From the NCBI GenBank assembly GCA_021324165.1, contig JAJPJR010000022.1, forward strand, positions 11,168-75,167: a stretch of 64,000 nucleotides of DNA, given 5' to 3'. A model generated the notes under the pieces. That model was not told the origin of the DNA, searched no databases, and saw nothing but the letters and a program-made list of their open reading frames with translations. The position numbers and the translations under genes were made by a program. Below are positions 9,337 to 18,413 of the stretch, piece by piece. This DNA is from Armatimonadota bacterium. Its GTDB lineage: Bacteria > Armatimonadota > Fimbriimonadia > Fimbriimonadales > ATM1. Position 1 is the first letter of the stretch. Every line of letters starts with the position of its first letter.

Positions 9337-10083
9337 GTGGCGGCAGAATACACGATCACGACTCCGGAAAAAGTGGATGTGCATTTTTCGCTTGCGAGCA
9401 TCGGCTCGCGGGGAGTTGCGCTGCTGATTGACACGATGGTCGAACTGATGGCGTTTTATGCGCTGGGAATGGTCATCGGGGTGCTTCTTCCGATGATGTT
9501 CGCGCCGGCCATCGCCTTCTGGATTTTGAGCATTCTGCTGTTGTTTTTCGGATACCCGATCCTCACCGAAGCGCTGCTCGGGGGCCGGACTTTCGGAAAG
9601 ATGGCGATGGGAATCAGGGTTAGAATGGTGGACGGTTCGCCGATCACTCCAGGCGCGGCGATCATAAGAAACCTGCTTCGCGTGGCCGACATTTTCCCCA
9701 ACCTTTACTTCACCGGAATTGTGGCGATTTTCTTCACCGAGCGCCAGCAGAGGCTTGGCGATCTTGTTGCGGGCACGGTGGTGATCCGCGATCGGCGCGA
9801 TGTGCAGATTGTGCCTTTGAGCTCGCCGCTGTCGGAAGGCATGCACCCGCTCGAACCTCTGATCGGCGAGCTGAAAGGGATGACTCGCGAGGAGTATGAC
9901 GCGGTCAAGGCGTTTTGCGATCGGTTTCCTGAAATGCCCGCAGGCGCGCAGGCCAGGCTGATCCGTGAAGTGTGGATGCCGATTGCAAACAGGCTCCAGA
10001 TTCCGCCTTTCGCCGACGTGCACCCCGCCTGGCTTATGGAGGCCGTCGTGATGAAATATGCTCGCACTCACGGCTTGTTGTAA
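9337..10083 (+). CDS. RDD family membrane protein
   Basis: GSRGVALLIDTMVEL... and RQQRLGDLVAGTVVIRDRR form the RDD motif context. I chose GTG 9337 (residue 32 of track ORF 9244..10083) to avoid overlap with the divergent DUF58 gene. The start is uncertain. Confidence 0.7.
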   Translation: MAAEYTITTPEKVDVHFSLASIGSRGVALLIDTMVELMAFYALGMVIGVLLPMMFAPAIAFWILSILLLFFGYPILTEALLGGRTFGKMAMGIRVRMVDGSPITPGAAIIRNLLRVADIFPNLYFTGIVAIFFTERQQRLGDLVAGTVVIRDRRDVQIVPLSSPLSEGMHPLEPLIGELKGMTREEYDAVKAFCDRFPEMPAGAQARLIREVWMPIANRLQIPPFADVHPAWLMEAVVMKYARTHGLL

Positions 10084-10314
10084 ACACTGTGGAAAGCGCG
10101 TGGGATTGCCCCGGGTTTTCCGCATGAAAAGATTCCGCTTCAAAACCGGCCGGTTTTTGACGCGCTCCCGAACCGCTCTCCCAACGTTTTGCACTGGTTT
10201 TCAGAGTTCGCTGCGCGCTGTTTGCGGGCTTGCGACACGCAGTTTTGTGGTTTTCAAACCGGTTAATCATAACAAGCACAATCAAGACATAAAAATTTTT
10301 AAAATGCTCTGGGT

Positions 10315-11439
10315 GTGGAGAACGTGTTGAGCGAACCGTTTGCTGCGCAGATCGCTTCACTGAATCTGCACTGTTTTCGGAATTTCGTTGCGGGCGAGCT
10401 GAAGTTCGGTGCTGCGCAAAACCTGCTCATCGGGCCGAACGGTGCGGGCAAAACCAATCTGCTCGAGGCCGTTCACCTTCTTTCCACCACGCGTTCGTTT
10501 CGGGGAGCGAAGGATGCCGAGATGGTGATGTCGGGTCATTCGGCGGCAAAACTTCAGTGCGAGGCCGGGCTGGACAGGCTGGAACTGCGAATCCCTTCTC
10601 ATGGCAGGCGCACCGCGGCCATCAACGGGTCGGAAGTCGGCAGGGTGTCCGAACTGATGGGGAGGATGCCTTCGGTGTGCTTTTCGACGGCCGATATGGA
10701 CGTTGTGCGAGGCGAGCCTTCGGATCAGCGGAGGTTTTTGGATGTGGAGTTGAGCCAGCAGAGGCCGCAGTATCTACGTTGGTTTACGGTGTTCAACAGC
10801 GCTTTGCGGCAGCGAAACGCGCTTTTGAAAGCGATTAGAGGAGGAACGGAGCCGCGCAGTTCGCTGCCAGTTTGGAATCGGGAACTTGCGGAAAGCAGTT
10901 CTTGCATCCGGGCGGCGAGGATCGAGTATCTAAATGAACTATCAGAGCTGGCGGACCGGTTTCATCAGGAGTTGTCGCTGGGTGCAGAGAGCCTGGAAAT
11001 CGAGTATCTGTATGCGGACGAATCGAGCGATGCGGACAGTTTTGTTATGCATCTGGATCGGTGCGAAAGCCAGGACATTGCGGCCGGGTTTACGACGATC
11101 GGCGCCCATCGGGACAGGGTGGCGATACGCATTTCGGGGCGGGAGGCGAAGTCGTTTGCCAGTCAAGGCCAGCAACGAACGGCGGTTTTGGCGATAAAAC
11201 TGGCACAGGTCGAGCAGTGGAAAGCGGCGAAGCGGGTGGTGCCGATTCTGCTTTTAGACGACATTTTCAGCGACCTCGATCAGGAGCGGCGGAAACGGGT
11301 GCTGGCGGTTTCGGGCGGCTTGGGTCAGGTGGTGATCACGGCAACCGACCTCGGGTCGGTGGAATCGGCGCTGAGCGGCGGCGCGAAGGTGTTTCGGGTG
11401 CAAAATGGAAAGGTGGAGGCGACATGCGGCGAGGATTGA
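10315..11439 (+). CDS. recF: DNA replication/repair protein RecF
   Basis: It has LNLHCFRNF, the Walker A LIGPNGAGKTNLLEAV, then SQGQQRT and LLLDDIFSDLD. Alternative starts are GTG 10324 and TTG 10327. Confidence 0.9.
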   Translation: MENVLSEPFAAQIASLNLHCFRNFVAGELKFGAAQNLLIGPNGAGKTNLLEAVHLLSTTRSFRGAKDAEMVMSGHSAAKLQCEAGLDRLELRIPSHGRRTAAINGSEVGRVSELMGRMPSVCFSTADMDVVRGEPSDQRRFLDVELSQQRPQYLRWFTVFNSALRQRNALLKAIRGGTEPRSSLPVWNRELAESSSCIRAARIEYLNELSELADRFHQELSLGAESLEIEYLYADESSDADSFVMHLDRCESQDIAAGFTTIGAHRDRVAIRISGREAKSFASQGQQRTAVLAIKLAQVEQWKAAKRVVPILLLDDIFSDLDQERRKRVLAVSGGLGQVVITATDLGSVESALSGGAKVFRVQNGKVEATCGED

Positions 11440-11873
11440 AAGGGATTGCCGATCTGATCGGTTCGGCGGTTTCGCGGCCCGAACTTGTGCGCCATGCGAA
11501 GGCCGCCCAAGCGTTTCAACGGTGGGATGAGGTGGTGGGGCAGGAATTCGCAAAGGTGAGTTCGCCGAAAAAATACGAGGCGGGGAGGCTCACGGTGGCG
11601 GTTTCATCGGCGGGCTGGCTTCAAGAGATGCGGCTGCAAACCGACAGTTTTTTGAAAAAGCTGAACAAGCTGGCGGGCGAACGGCTGTTTTCCGAGATTC
11701 GGTATCTGGTGGGTGAGGTCGAAAGCGTAATCGTAGAGGAAGAACGCGCGCCTTATGACGTGAGCGAACTGGATTTCACCATGGAATCAGAGCGGCTGCG
11801 GAACGCCGCGGCAAAAGCGTTTGGCAGGATGAAAACGGCATCGCGGCGAACTGATGAGAAGGATTACGAATGA
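11424..11873 (+). CDS. dciA: DUF721 / DciA-like protein
   Basis: The internal ATG at 11424 of track ORF 11061..11873 overlaps the recF 3' end. It reads MRRGLKGIADLI...AFQRWDEVVGQEFAKVSSPKKYEAGRLTVAVSSAGWLQEMR, the DUF721 pattern typically found after recF. Confidence 0.7.
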   Translation: MRRGLKGIADLIGSAVSRPELVRHAKAAQAFQRWDEVVGQEFAKVSSPKKYEAGRLTVAVSSAGWLQEMRLQTDSFLKKLNKLAGERLFSEIRYLVGEVESVIVEEERAPYDVSELDFTMESERLRNAAAKAFGRMKTASRRTDEKDYE

Positions 11874-12853
11874 AAATCGGACTGTTTATCGCGCTTTTTG
11901 GAGACAAAAAACTGGAAGACGCTTTGGACGCAGCCGTTGCGGCCGGCGTGAAAGCGGTTGAAATAGGAACGGGCAACTATCCTGGCAGCCCGCACCTGGA
12001 CGTGGATGCTCTTTTGGGCAGCAGATCGGCGCGGACGAGGCTGCTTAGCGAGTTGGACAAGCGCGGCCTGACGCTGAGCGCGTTGAGCTGTCATGGCAAC
12101 CCGCTTCATCCGAACGCAAAAATCGCCAAGGCGCACCACGCGGTGTTTGAAAAAACGGTGAGGCTAGCAGCGCAGATGGGAGTGCCGGTCGTGAACGGTT
12201 TCAGCGGGTGCCCCGGCGAGGGTCCCGGCGCGAAGCAGCCGAACTGGGTGACGTGCGCCTGGCCAGATGAGTTTCGCGACGTTTTAGATTGGCAATGGAA
12301 AAAAGTTGTGCTTCCTTATTGGAGCGCGCAAGCAAAACTTCTGGCCAAGCATAAGGTTAAGTTTGGCATCGAGATGCATCCTGGATTTGTGTGCTATTCG
12401 AACGAAACGCTGCTGCGTTTGCGCAACTCCGTGGGAGCGGCGGGCGATTGGATCGGCGCCAATTTCGATCCCTCGCATCTTTGGTGGCAGGGGATTGATC
12501 CGATCGTAGCGGTGCGCGAGCTGGGCGAACAGAACGCTCTGTTTCATTGCCACGCAAAAGACACGCGCATTGATAACAGCAACAGCAGCAAAAACGGCAA
12601 TTTAGATACGAAATCTTATGCCGACATTCCGAGGCGGTCTTGGGTTTTCAGAAGCGTGGGATATGGCCACTCAATCACTTGGTGGAAAGATTTCGTTTCG
12701 GCATTAAGGATGTGCGGCTATGACTACGTGCTTTCGATCGAGCACGAGGACGGGCTGATGTCCCCGAGCGAAGGTTTGAGAAAAGCGATCGACACCCTGA
12801 AGCAGGCGATCATCGAGGAGCCCGCTGGGCAGATGTTTTGGGCTCGTGAGTAG
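11870..12853 (+). CDS. Sugar phosphate isomerase/epimerase (xylose isomerase-like TIM barrel)
   Basis: Its ATGA overlaps the previous gene. The segments AGVKAVEIG, FGIEMHPG and LSIEHED fit the AP_endonuc_2/TIM-barrel family pattern. Confidence 0.7.
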   Translation: MKIGLFIALFGDKKLEDALDAAVAAGVKAVEIGTGNYPGSPHLDVDALLGSRSARTRLLSELDKRGLTLSALSCHGNPLHPNAKIAKAHHAVFEKTVRLAAQMGVPVVNGFSGCPGEGPGAKQPNWVTCAWPDEFRDVLDWQWKKVVLPYWSAQAKLLAKHKVKFGIEMHPGFVCYSNETLLRLRNSVGAAGDWIGANFDPSHLWWQGIDPIVAVRELGEQNALFHCHAKDTRIDNSNSSKNGNLDTKSYADIPRRSWVFRSVGYGHSITWWKDFVSALRMCGYDYVLSIEHEDGLMSPSEGLRKAIDTLKQAIIEEPAGQMFWARE

Positions 12854-12876
12854 GGCGCGGCTATAATTGGGGCCGC

Positions 12877-13557
12877 GTGATCGAGTACCAGAATGTCAGC
12901 GTGGTCTATCGCGGCGGGATTCGCGCTCTCGACGGCGTGAATCTGAGCATTCAATCTGGGGAGTTTGTGGTTGTTGTCGGGCCTTCGGGTTCGGGCAAAT
13001 CCACGCTGCTCAAACTGTTGATTTGCGCGTGCCGGGCAACATCGGGGCGCGTAATGTTGAACGATCGGAACGTGGGGATGATCTCTCCGGAGCGTGTGCA
13101 CACGCTGCGAAGGCAGATCGGATTTGTGCCGCAAGACATCGGCCTGCTTCCCGACAAAAAAGTTTGGGAAAACCTTGCGTATGCGATGCGCGCGACGGGG
13201 CACTCCAAGCGCGAACTTCGTGAAAGAGTTCCCGAAGTGATGGACCGGATCGGGATGCTGGATCGAGCGAACGCTTATCCGCGGCAGCTTTCTGGCGGCG
13301 AGCAGCAGCGTGTGGCGATCGCCCGCGCGCTGATCAACTCTCCAAGAATGCTTTTGGCCGATGAGCCCACAGGACACCTCGATCCCGAAACAAGCAAAGA
13401 GATTTTCGGTTTGCTGCAGCAGATCAATTCGCGCGGAGCGACGGTGTTGATGGCGACGCACGATCTTCCAACGGTGTCCAACTTTCGCTGCAGAGTGGTC
13501 GCGCTCGATTCGGGAAGAGTTGTTTCGGATTCGATGGGGTTAGCGGCAAATGATTGA
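12877..13557 (+). CDS. ftsE: Cell division ATP-binding protein FtsE
   Basis: It has GPSGSGKSTLLKLL, LSGGEQQRVAIARAL and LLADEPTGHLD. It sits directly upstream of ftsX. Confidence 0.9.
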   Translation: MIEYQNVSVVYRGGIRALDGVNLSIQSGEFVVVVGPSGSGKSTLLKLLICACRATSGRVMLNDRNVGMISPERVHTLRRQIGFVPQDIGLLPDKKVWENLAYAMRATGHSKRELRERVPEVMDRIGMLDRANAYPRQLSGGEQQRVAIARALINSPRMLLADEPTGHLDPETSKEIFGLLQQINSRGATVLMATHDLPTVSNFRCRVVALDSGRVVSDSMGLAAND

Positions 13558-14437
13558 CCGCATCGAATTTGCGCTTTCGGAAGCGCTGACGGCGTTGAGA
13601 CGAAACGGAATGATGACTGCCGCGGCAATCACCACGTGCGCCATCGCGCTGTTTTTGTTCGGAGGCCTTGGGTCGGCATATGTTTCGCTTTCAAGTTATC
13701 TGCATGCGCTGCAATATGAGATCGCGATCATGGTTCCGTTGAAGCCCACCACGCTCCGATCGGAAGCCGAAGCGATGACGCGCAGAATTCGAGAGATTGA
13801 CGGTGTGCAGGACGCGCGGTTCGCTCCGAAAGAGGCCGTTTGGAAGGAGTGGACTTCGCAGCCCGGCATGGAAAAATGGCGCACAACCGCGAATCCGCTG
13901 CCCGATCAGATCAAAGTGCTTTTGAAAGATCTGAACAAAGGCAACGCGGTGATCGAAAAAATCAAACAGATGCCGGAATATGATCCGAAGCGCCGCATTC
14001 GCGATGCATCTCCTGAAAGAGAGCGCGTCGGGTTTCTGATCGGATTTGTGCGGCTGTTTGGCGGGCTGCTTAGCGTTGCGAGTCTGCTCACTGCCGGAAC
14101 GTTGATTTTCAACACCGTGTATTTGACGGTGATTGCGCGCAGGCAGCAGATTCAGATCATGTCTTTGCTCGGTGCGAGCCGATCAACCATTCGGTGGCCG
14201 TTTTTGTTGGAAGGGGTGATTCAGGGCTGCGCCGGAGGTTTGGCCGCGGGGCTTTTGTTGTGGGGGTGCGCGGCGTATATCGGCTCGCGCACGCGAGATT
14301 TTTTGAGTTCGAACGCTCCTTCTGCTGCGGGAATCGGCACCAGCACGCTGATTCTGTTTTTGATTGTGGTTGGGGCGCTGCTGGGTATTCTCTCGGCGGG
14401 ATTATCGGTGCGCAAGCATTTGAGGTACGAGGGATGA
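13550..14437 (+). CDS. ftsX: Cell division permease-like protein FtsX
   Basis: It overlaps the ftsE stop. It begins EALTALRRNGMMTAAAITTCAIALFLFG, followed by a large first loop and three C-terminal TM helices. Confidence 0.85.
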   Translation: MIDRIEFALSEALTALRRNGMMTAAAITTCAIALFLFGGLGSAYVSLSSYLHALQYEIAIMVPLKPTTLRSEAEAMTRRIREIDGVQDARFAPKEAVWKEWTSQPGMEKWRTTANPLPDQIKVLLKDLNKGNAVIEKIKQMPEYDPKRRIRDASPERERVGFLIGFVRLFGGLLSVASLLTAGTLIFNTVYLTVIARRQQIQIMSLLGASRSTIRWPFLLEGVIQGCAGGLAAGLLLWGCAAYIGSRTRDFLSSNAPSAAGIGTSTLILFLIVVGALLGILSAGLSVRKHLRYEG

Positions 14438-15570
14438 AATCGAGAGCTGCGGTTCTGATTGCGCTGATCTTGTTGGTTTTATCCGCGGCGGTGATCGGCG
14501 CGCAGCAGAAAAAAAGACCGGCAAAAAAAGACCTGATTGCCAAGAAGAAAGCGATCTCGAAAAAAGCGGCAACCATTCGCACGCAACTCTCAAAAAAGAA
14601 GCGCGAGAAAAACATCGTGATGGAAGATATCCATCAGACCGATTCGCGGCTTTCCGATGCCAGAGACCGCCTGGCCGACACGCAACAAAAACTTGCGGAT
14701 GCCGAATCCGAACAGTCGGATTTGAAACTCAAACTCCAAGAAGCGATACAAAAAGTTGCGCTGCAGGAAGCCGATCTGAAGCGGCATCTTTATGACCTTT
14801 ATGTGAACGATCAGTCGAGCCCGGTTACGGTTCTTTTGAGCGCCGAATCGTTTAACGAAATGGCCAAAGACAGTTTCATTATGGAGATGATCGCCGAGCA
14901 GGATACGAATCTGATTGCCGATTTGAACGAAGCGAAGCGCGACATTGATATTCGAAAGCAGAAAGTGGACGAAGCGATCCTGCGAATCCAAACTCTCAAG
15001 CAGTCGCAGCTGCGGCAGCAGTCGCTTCTGAAGGAAGAGATGTCAAAAAAGCGCGCGCTGCTTTCTGAACTTGCGCAAGATCAGCACGAACTTCAAAGCG
15101 AACTGGACGATTTGGAGCAAGACAGCGCGGAAGTCGAACGGATGCTCGAGCGTTATTACAGCGCGGGGGGCGGCGGTGTGCGTGCGTTCCGCGGCAGGCT
15201 GATCAAGCCCACAAACGGCGCTTACGGCAGCGGATTCGGCATGCGGTTTCATCCGATTTTGCATTACCGAAGGATGCACACGGGCGTGGATATCGGGGCG
15301 GCTTACGGCTCCAGGATTTGGGCGGCAGGCGATGGAAGGGTGATTTTCGCCGGATATCGCGGCGGCTACGGCAACTGCGTGATGATTGATCACGGCGGCG
15401 GGCTGGCGACGCTTTACGGCCACTGCTCACGCTTGGCGGTTCACGAAGGGCAGTATGTTCGGCAGGGCGAACTGATCGCTTGGGTCGGCTCGACCGGTTT
15501 ATCTACGGGGCCGCATCTTCATTGGGAAGTTAGGGTGAACGGAAAGCCGGTGAACCCTGTGGGGCGGTAG
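14434..15570 (+). CDS. EnvC-like coiled-coil M23 (LytM) peptidase
   Basis: The ATG at 14434 overlaps the ftsX stop. It has a signal/TM segment (MKSRAAVLIALILLVLSAAVIGA), a long coiled coil, and an M23 domain with HTGVDI (HxxxD) and GPHLHWEV (HxH). Confidence 0.85.
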   Translation: MKSRAAVLIALILLVLSAAVIGAQQKKRPAKKDLIAKKKAISKKAATIRTQLSKKKREKNIVMEDIHQTDSRLSDARDRLADTQQKLADAESEQSDLKLKLQEAIQKVALQEADLKRHLYDLYVNDQSSPVTVLLSAESFNEMAKDSFIMEMIAEQDTNLIADLNEAKRDIDIRKQKVDEAILRIQTLKQSQLRQQSLLKEEMSKKRALLSELAQDQHELQSELDDLEQDSAEVERMLERYYSAGGGGVRAFRGRLIKPTNGAYGSGFGMRFHPILHYRRMHTGVDIGAAYGSRIWAAGDGRVIFAGYRGGYGNCVMIDHGGGLATLYGHCSRLAVHEGQYVRQGELIAWVGSTGLSTGPHLHWEVRVNGKPVNPVGR

Positions 15571-15597
15571 CCCGAAAACCGTCATAATTCTTGTTGC

Positions 15598-17394
15598 ATG
15601 AGTTTTCTCGATGCGCTTCGCGAGCGCATTCTCCTTTTGGATGGCGCAATCGGCAGCACGCTTTCTGCGCGCGGCTATGCGCGCACGCCACAGTGTTTGG
15701 CGAATTTAGACGAGCCGGAACTGGTGAAATCGGTGCACAGAGCGTTCATCGAAGCGGGAGCCGATGTCATCGAAACCAACAGTTTCACGGCCAACCGTTT
15801 CAAACTTAAGGAAGCTGACCCTGCGGAAGTTACATACCGCGCGGCGGTTTTGGCTCGGGAAGCGGCAGGCGATAAGTTTGTTCTTGGCGCGATCGGGCCG
15901 TGCGGCAAGCCGCTTGCGCCGCTTGGAAACATCGAAATCCAGATGGCAGAAGAGCAGTTCCGCCTTCAAGCCGAAGCGCTTAAAGAAGGCGGAGTGGACG
16001 GAATTATTTTGGAATCGTTCACCGATTTGGCGGAGTTGGAAGCGGCGGCCAACGTTGTGAAGGGGGCGTATTCCGGGCCGCTTGTTGCGTGCAAAAGTTT
16101 TATCGAAGACGGCGAAACGCTCTCGGAAGGGTTTCCGCTGCGCGCCGCAAACCGAATGATCGAAATGGGCTTCGATGTGATCGGCGCAAACTGCGTTGTG
16201 GGCCCGCAAAGAATGTTCGATATTATCCGCTGGATGTCCGAAGCGGGCGACGCTCTGATTTGCGCTTTGCCGACGCCTGGCATGCCTCAACTTTTGAAAG
16301 GCACTTATGTTTACGATGTAGTGCCGGAATACTTTGGCAAGGCTGCGGCGCGGCTTGCGGAAGCGGGAGCCAACATGATCGGCGGATGCTGCGGAACGAC
16401 GCCGGAATTCATCGCTGCGCTGCGCGAGGCGCTGCCCGATCGAAAACCGCGGGCTCGAAAAAGCGTGAAGACTGCGCAGAAGGCTTCCGGCAAAGTTGTT
16501 GAACAAAGCGAGCCGAGCGAACTGAGCAGAAAACTTGGCAAAAAGTTCGTAAGCACGGTGGAACTCGATCTGCCCCGCGGTTTGGACTGTTCGAAAGTTC
16601 TGGAAGGTGCGCGCGAGCTGAAGCAGCGGGGCGTGGATCTGATTGATATTTCGGACGGCGCGCGCGCTCGGCTTCGGATGACGCCAAGCGCCATCTGCTC
16701 GATCATTCAGCGCGAAGCGGGAATTGAAACGATGATGCACGTGGCATGCCGCGACCGCAATCTTTTGGCTTTGCAAGCCGACATGCTCGGCGCGCACGCC
16801 CTGGGCATCCGCAACGTGCTTGCGATCACCGGCGATCCTGCCAATATCGGCGATTTTCCGAGCGCGACGAGCGTATTCGACATTGATGCGATCGGGCTGG
16901 TGCGGGTTTTATCCCGGTTCAACGAGGGCCGCGATTTGGCAGGAAACAGCGTGGGCAAAAAGTGCGCGTTTACGATCGGAGTTGCGTTCAATCCGGCTGC
17001 GCCCGATCGCGAATTCGAGCTGGAACGGCTGCGCCGAAAAGTGGATGCCGGAGCGCACGTGATTTATACGCAGCCGCTTTTTGAAATGGCTCATGCGGAG
17101 TTCGCGTGCGCGCAGGCGGCAAGTTTCGGTCTGCCGATTCTCATCGGAGTGATGCCGCTTCGCAGTCAACGGCATGCGGAGTTTATGCACAACGAAGTGC
17201 CGGGAATTTCGGTGCCTGCGTGGCTGATGCAGAAGTTTGCATCTTTAGGGGATGAAGACGCTTTGCAGTTGGGAGTCTCGGTTGCGCAGGAGTTCGCCGC
17301 GTGCCTTCCTAAGATGGCGCAGGGAATCTATCTGATGCCTCCTGCTGGAAATTGGCGGATTGCCGACCAGGTTTTGGATGCGGTGCGCAAATGA
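15598..17394 (+). CDS. Bifunctional homocysteine S-methyltransferase / 5,10-methylenetetrahydrofolate reductase (YitJ-type fusion)
   Basis: The N-terminal S-methyl_trans domain reads LLLDGAIGS...GADVIETNSF...GGCCGTTPEFI. The C-terminal MTHFR domain reads STVELDLPRG...HVACRDRN...ITGDP...IYTQPLF. Confidence 0.85.
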   Translation: MSFLDALRERILLLDGAIGSTLSARGYARTPQCLANLDEPELVKSVHRAFIEAGADVIETNSFTANRFKLKEADPAEVTYRAAVLAREAAGDKFVLGAIGPCGKPLAPLGNIEIQMAEEQFRLQAEALKEGGVDGIILESFTDLAELEAAANVVKGAYSGPLVACKSFIEDGETLSEGFPLRAANRMIEMGFDVIGANCVVGPQRMFDIIRWMSEAGDALICALPTPGMPQLLKGTYVYDVVPEYFGKAAARLAEAGANMIGGCCGTTPEFIAALREALPDRKPRARKSVKTAQKASGKVVEQSEPSELSRKLGKKFVSTVELDLPRGLDCSKVLEGARELKQRGVDLIDISDGARARLRMTPSAICSIIQREAGIETMMHVACRDRNLLALQADMLGAHALGIRNVLAITGDPANIGDFPSATSVFDIDAIGLVRVLSRFNEGRDLAGNSVGKKCAFTIGVAFNPAAPDREFELERLRRKVDAGAHVIYTQPLFEMAHAEFACAQAASFGLPILIGVMPLRSQRHAEFMHNEVPGISVPAWLMQKFASLGDEDALQLGVSVAQEFAACLPKMAQGIYLMPPAGNWRIADQVLDAVRK

Positions 17395-18413
17395 ACGTGA
17401 TGCGCGAAGCCGTTCGTTTTTATGATCAGAACGATCCGTTCTGCCTGGCGTTGATCGTCGCAAAAAGCGGCAGCGCGCCCCAAACCCCAGGCGCAAAAGG
17501 GTTGTTTTTGCGCGACGGAAGGATTGTGGGCACGATCGGAGGCGGATGCCTGGAGATGGAAGCAAGAAGGATCGGCCTGCAGGCTCTCGCGGCGGGCGAA
17601 CCGATTTTGCGGGAGTTCAAACTGGATGATGATTTCGGCTGGGATGACGGCCTGATCTGCGGAGGGCGCGTGCAGGTTTTGCTGCTTCCCAATCCGAAGG
17701 CGTATGTGGATGCGCTCCGGGCGGCTTGTGAGCCTTCGGCAAAAGGGGTGGTGGAGTTCTGGCTGACGACCGGACGCGCGGAATTCATCCCGTTTGAAGC
17801 GCTCGATGCCGTGCAGCTGAAGGCGCTTTCAACCCGGCGCGAAACGCTTTTTGAAGAGCGATTCATTCTTCCCGTTGCGCCTGCAGAAAAACTCGTTGTG
17901 TTCGGTGCGGGTCATATCGGAGCGCAGATTGCGAACATGGCTTCGGGATTAGGGTTTTCGGTAACGATTGTTGATGATCGAGCGGAGTTTCTTGCAGAAA
18001 GCAGGCTTCCCAATGTGAACGCAAGGGTTGAGATGAAACCTTCTCAGTTTGCAGCATCCTTGCAAACCGATGACGATACGTATCTTTGCATCGTAACGCG
18101 GGGTCATCGCAACGATGCGCTCGTGCTGCGAGAACTGATCAACAAACCGCACGCTTATATCGGCATGATCGGAAGCAAGAGGAAGCGTGAAGTGGTGCGG
18201 GCCCAGATGCTGAGAGAAAACCTCTGCACGGAAAGCCAGTTCGAAAAGGTGCGAAGCCCGATGGGATTGGACATAGGAGCAGAAACCGTCGAGGAGATCG
18301 CCGTGAGCGTTTTGGCCGAGATCGTTCGTGTGAGGGCCGAAAAACGGGGCCCGGTTGCGGCGCGGTGCGGCCAGCGGCCTATGGCTGTTCGTTCAACAAA
18401 ACCGGCTGAATGA
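17391..18413 (+). CDS. XdhC/CoxI family accessory protein
   Basis: Its ATGA overlaps the previous gene. It has ALIVAKSGSAPQTPGAKGLF...GTIGGGCLE, then the Rossmann-like segment LVVFGAGHIGAQIANMA, then VTRGHRND. Confidence 0.75.
   Translation: MNVMREAVRFYDQNDPFCLALIVAKSGSAPQTPGAKGLFLRDGRIVGTIGGGCLEMEARRIGLQALAAGEPILREFKLDDDFGWDDGLICGGRVQVLLLPNPKAYVDALRAACEPSAKGVVEFWLTTGRAEFIPFEALDAVQLKALSTRRETLFEERFILPVAPAEKLVVFGAGHIGAQIANMASGLGFSVTIVDDRAEFLAESRLPNVNARVEMKPSQFAASLQTDDDTYLCIVTRGHRNDALVLRELINKPHAYIGMIGSKRKREVVRAQMLRENLCTESQFEKVRSPMGLDIGAETVEEIAVSVLAEIVRVRAEKRGPVAARCGQRPMAVRSTKPAE

Noticed and set aside
10084-10330. A possible oriC upstream of recF-dciA: an AT-rich stretch (10262-10305) with DnaA-box-like 9-mers.
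   Set aside because: Only one element is 8/9 to TGTGGATAA (TGTGGAGAA at about 10314). The others are 6-7/9. No dnaA, dnaN or gyrB gene is adjacent. The AT-rich stretch is adequately explained as the recF promoter region. A GC-skew plot of the whole genome would settle it.
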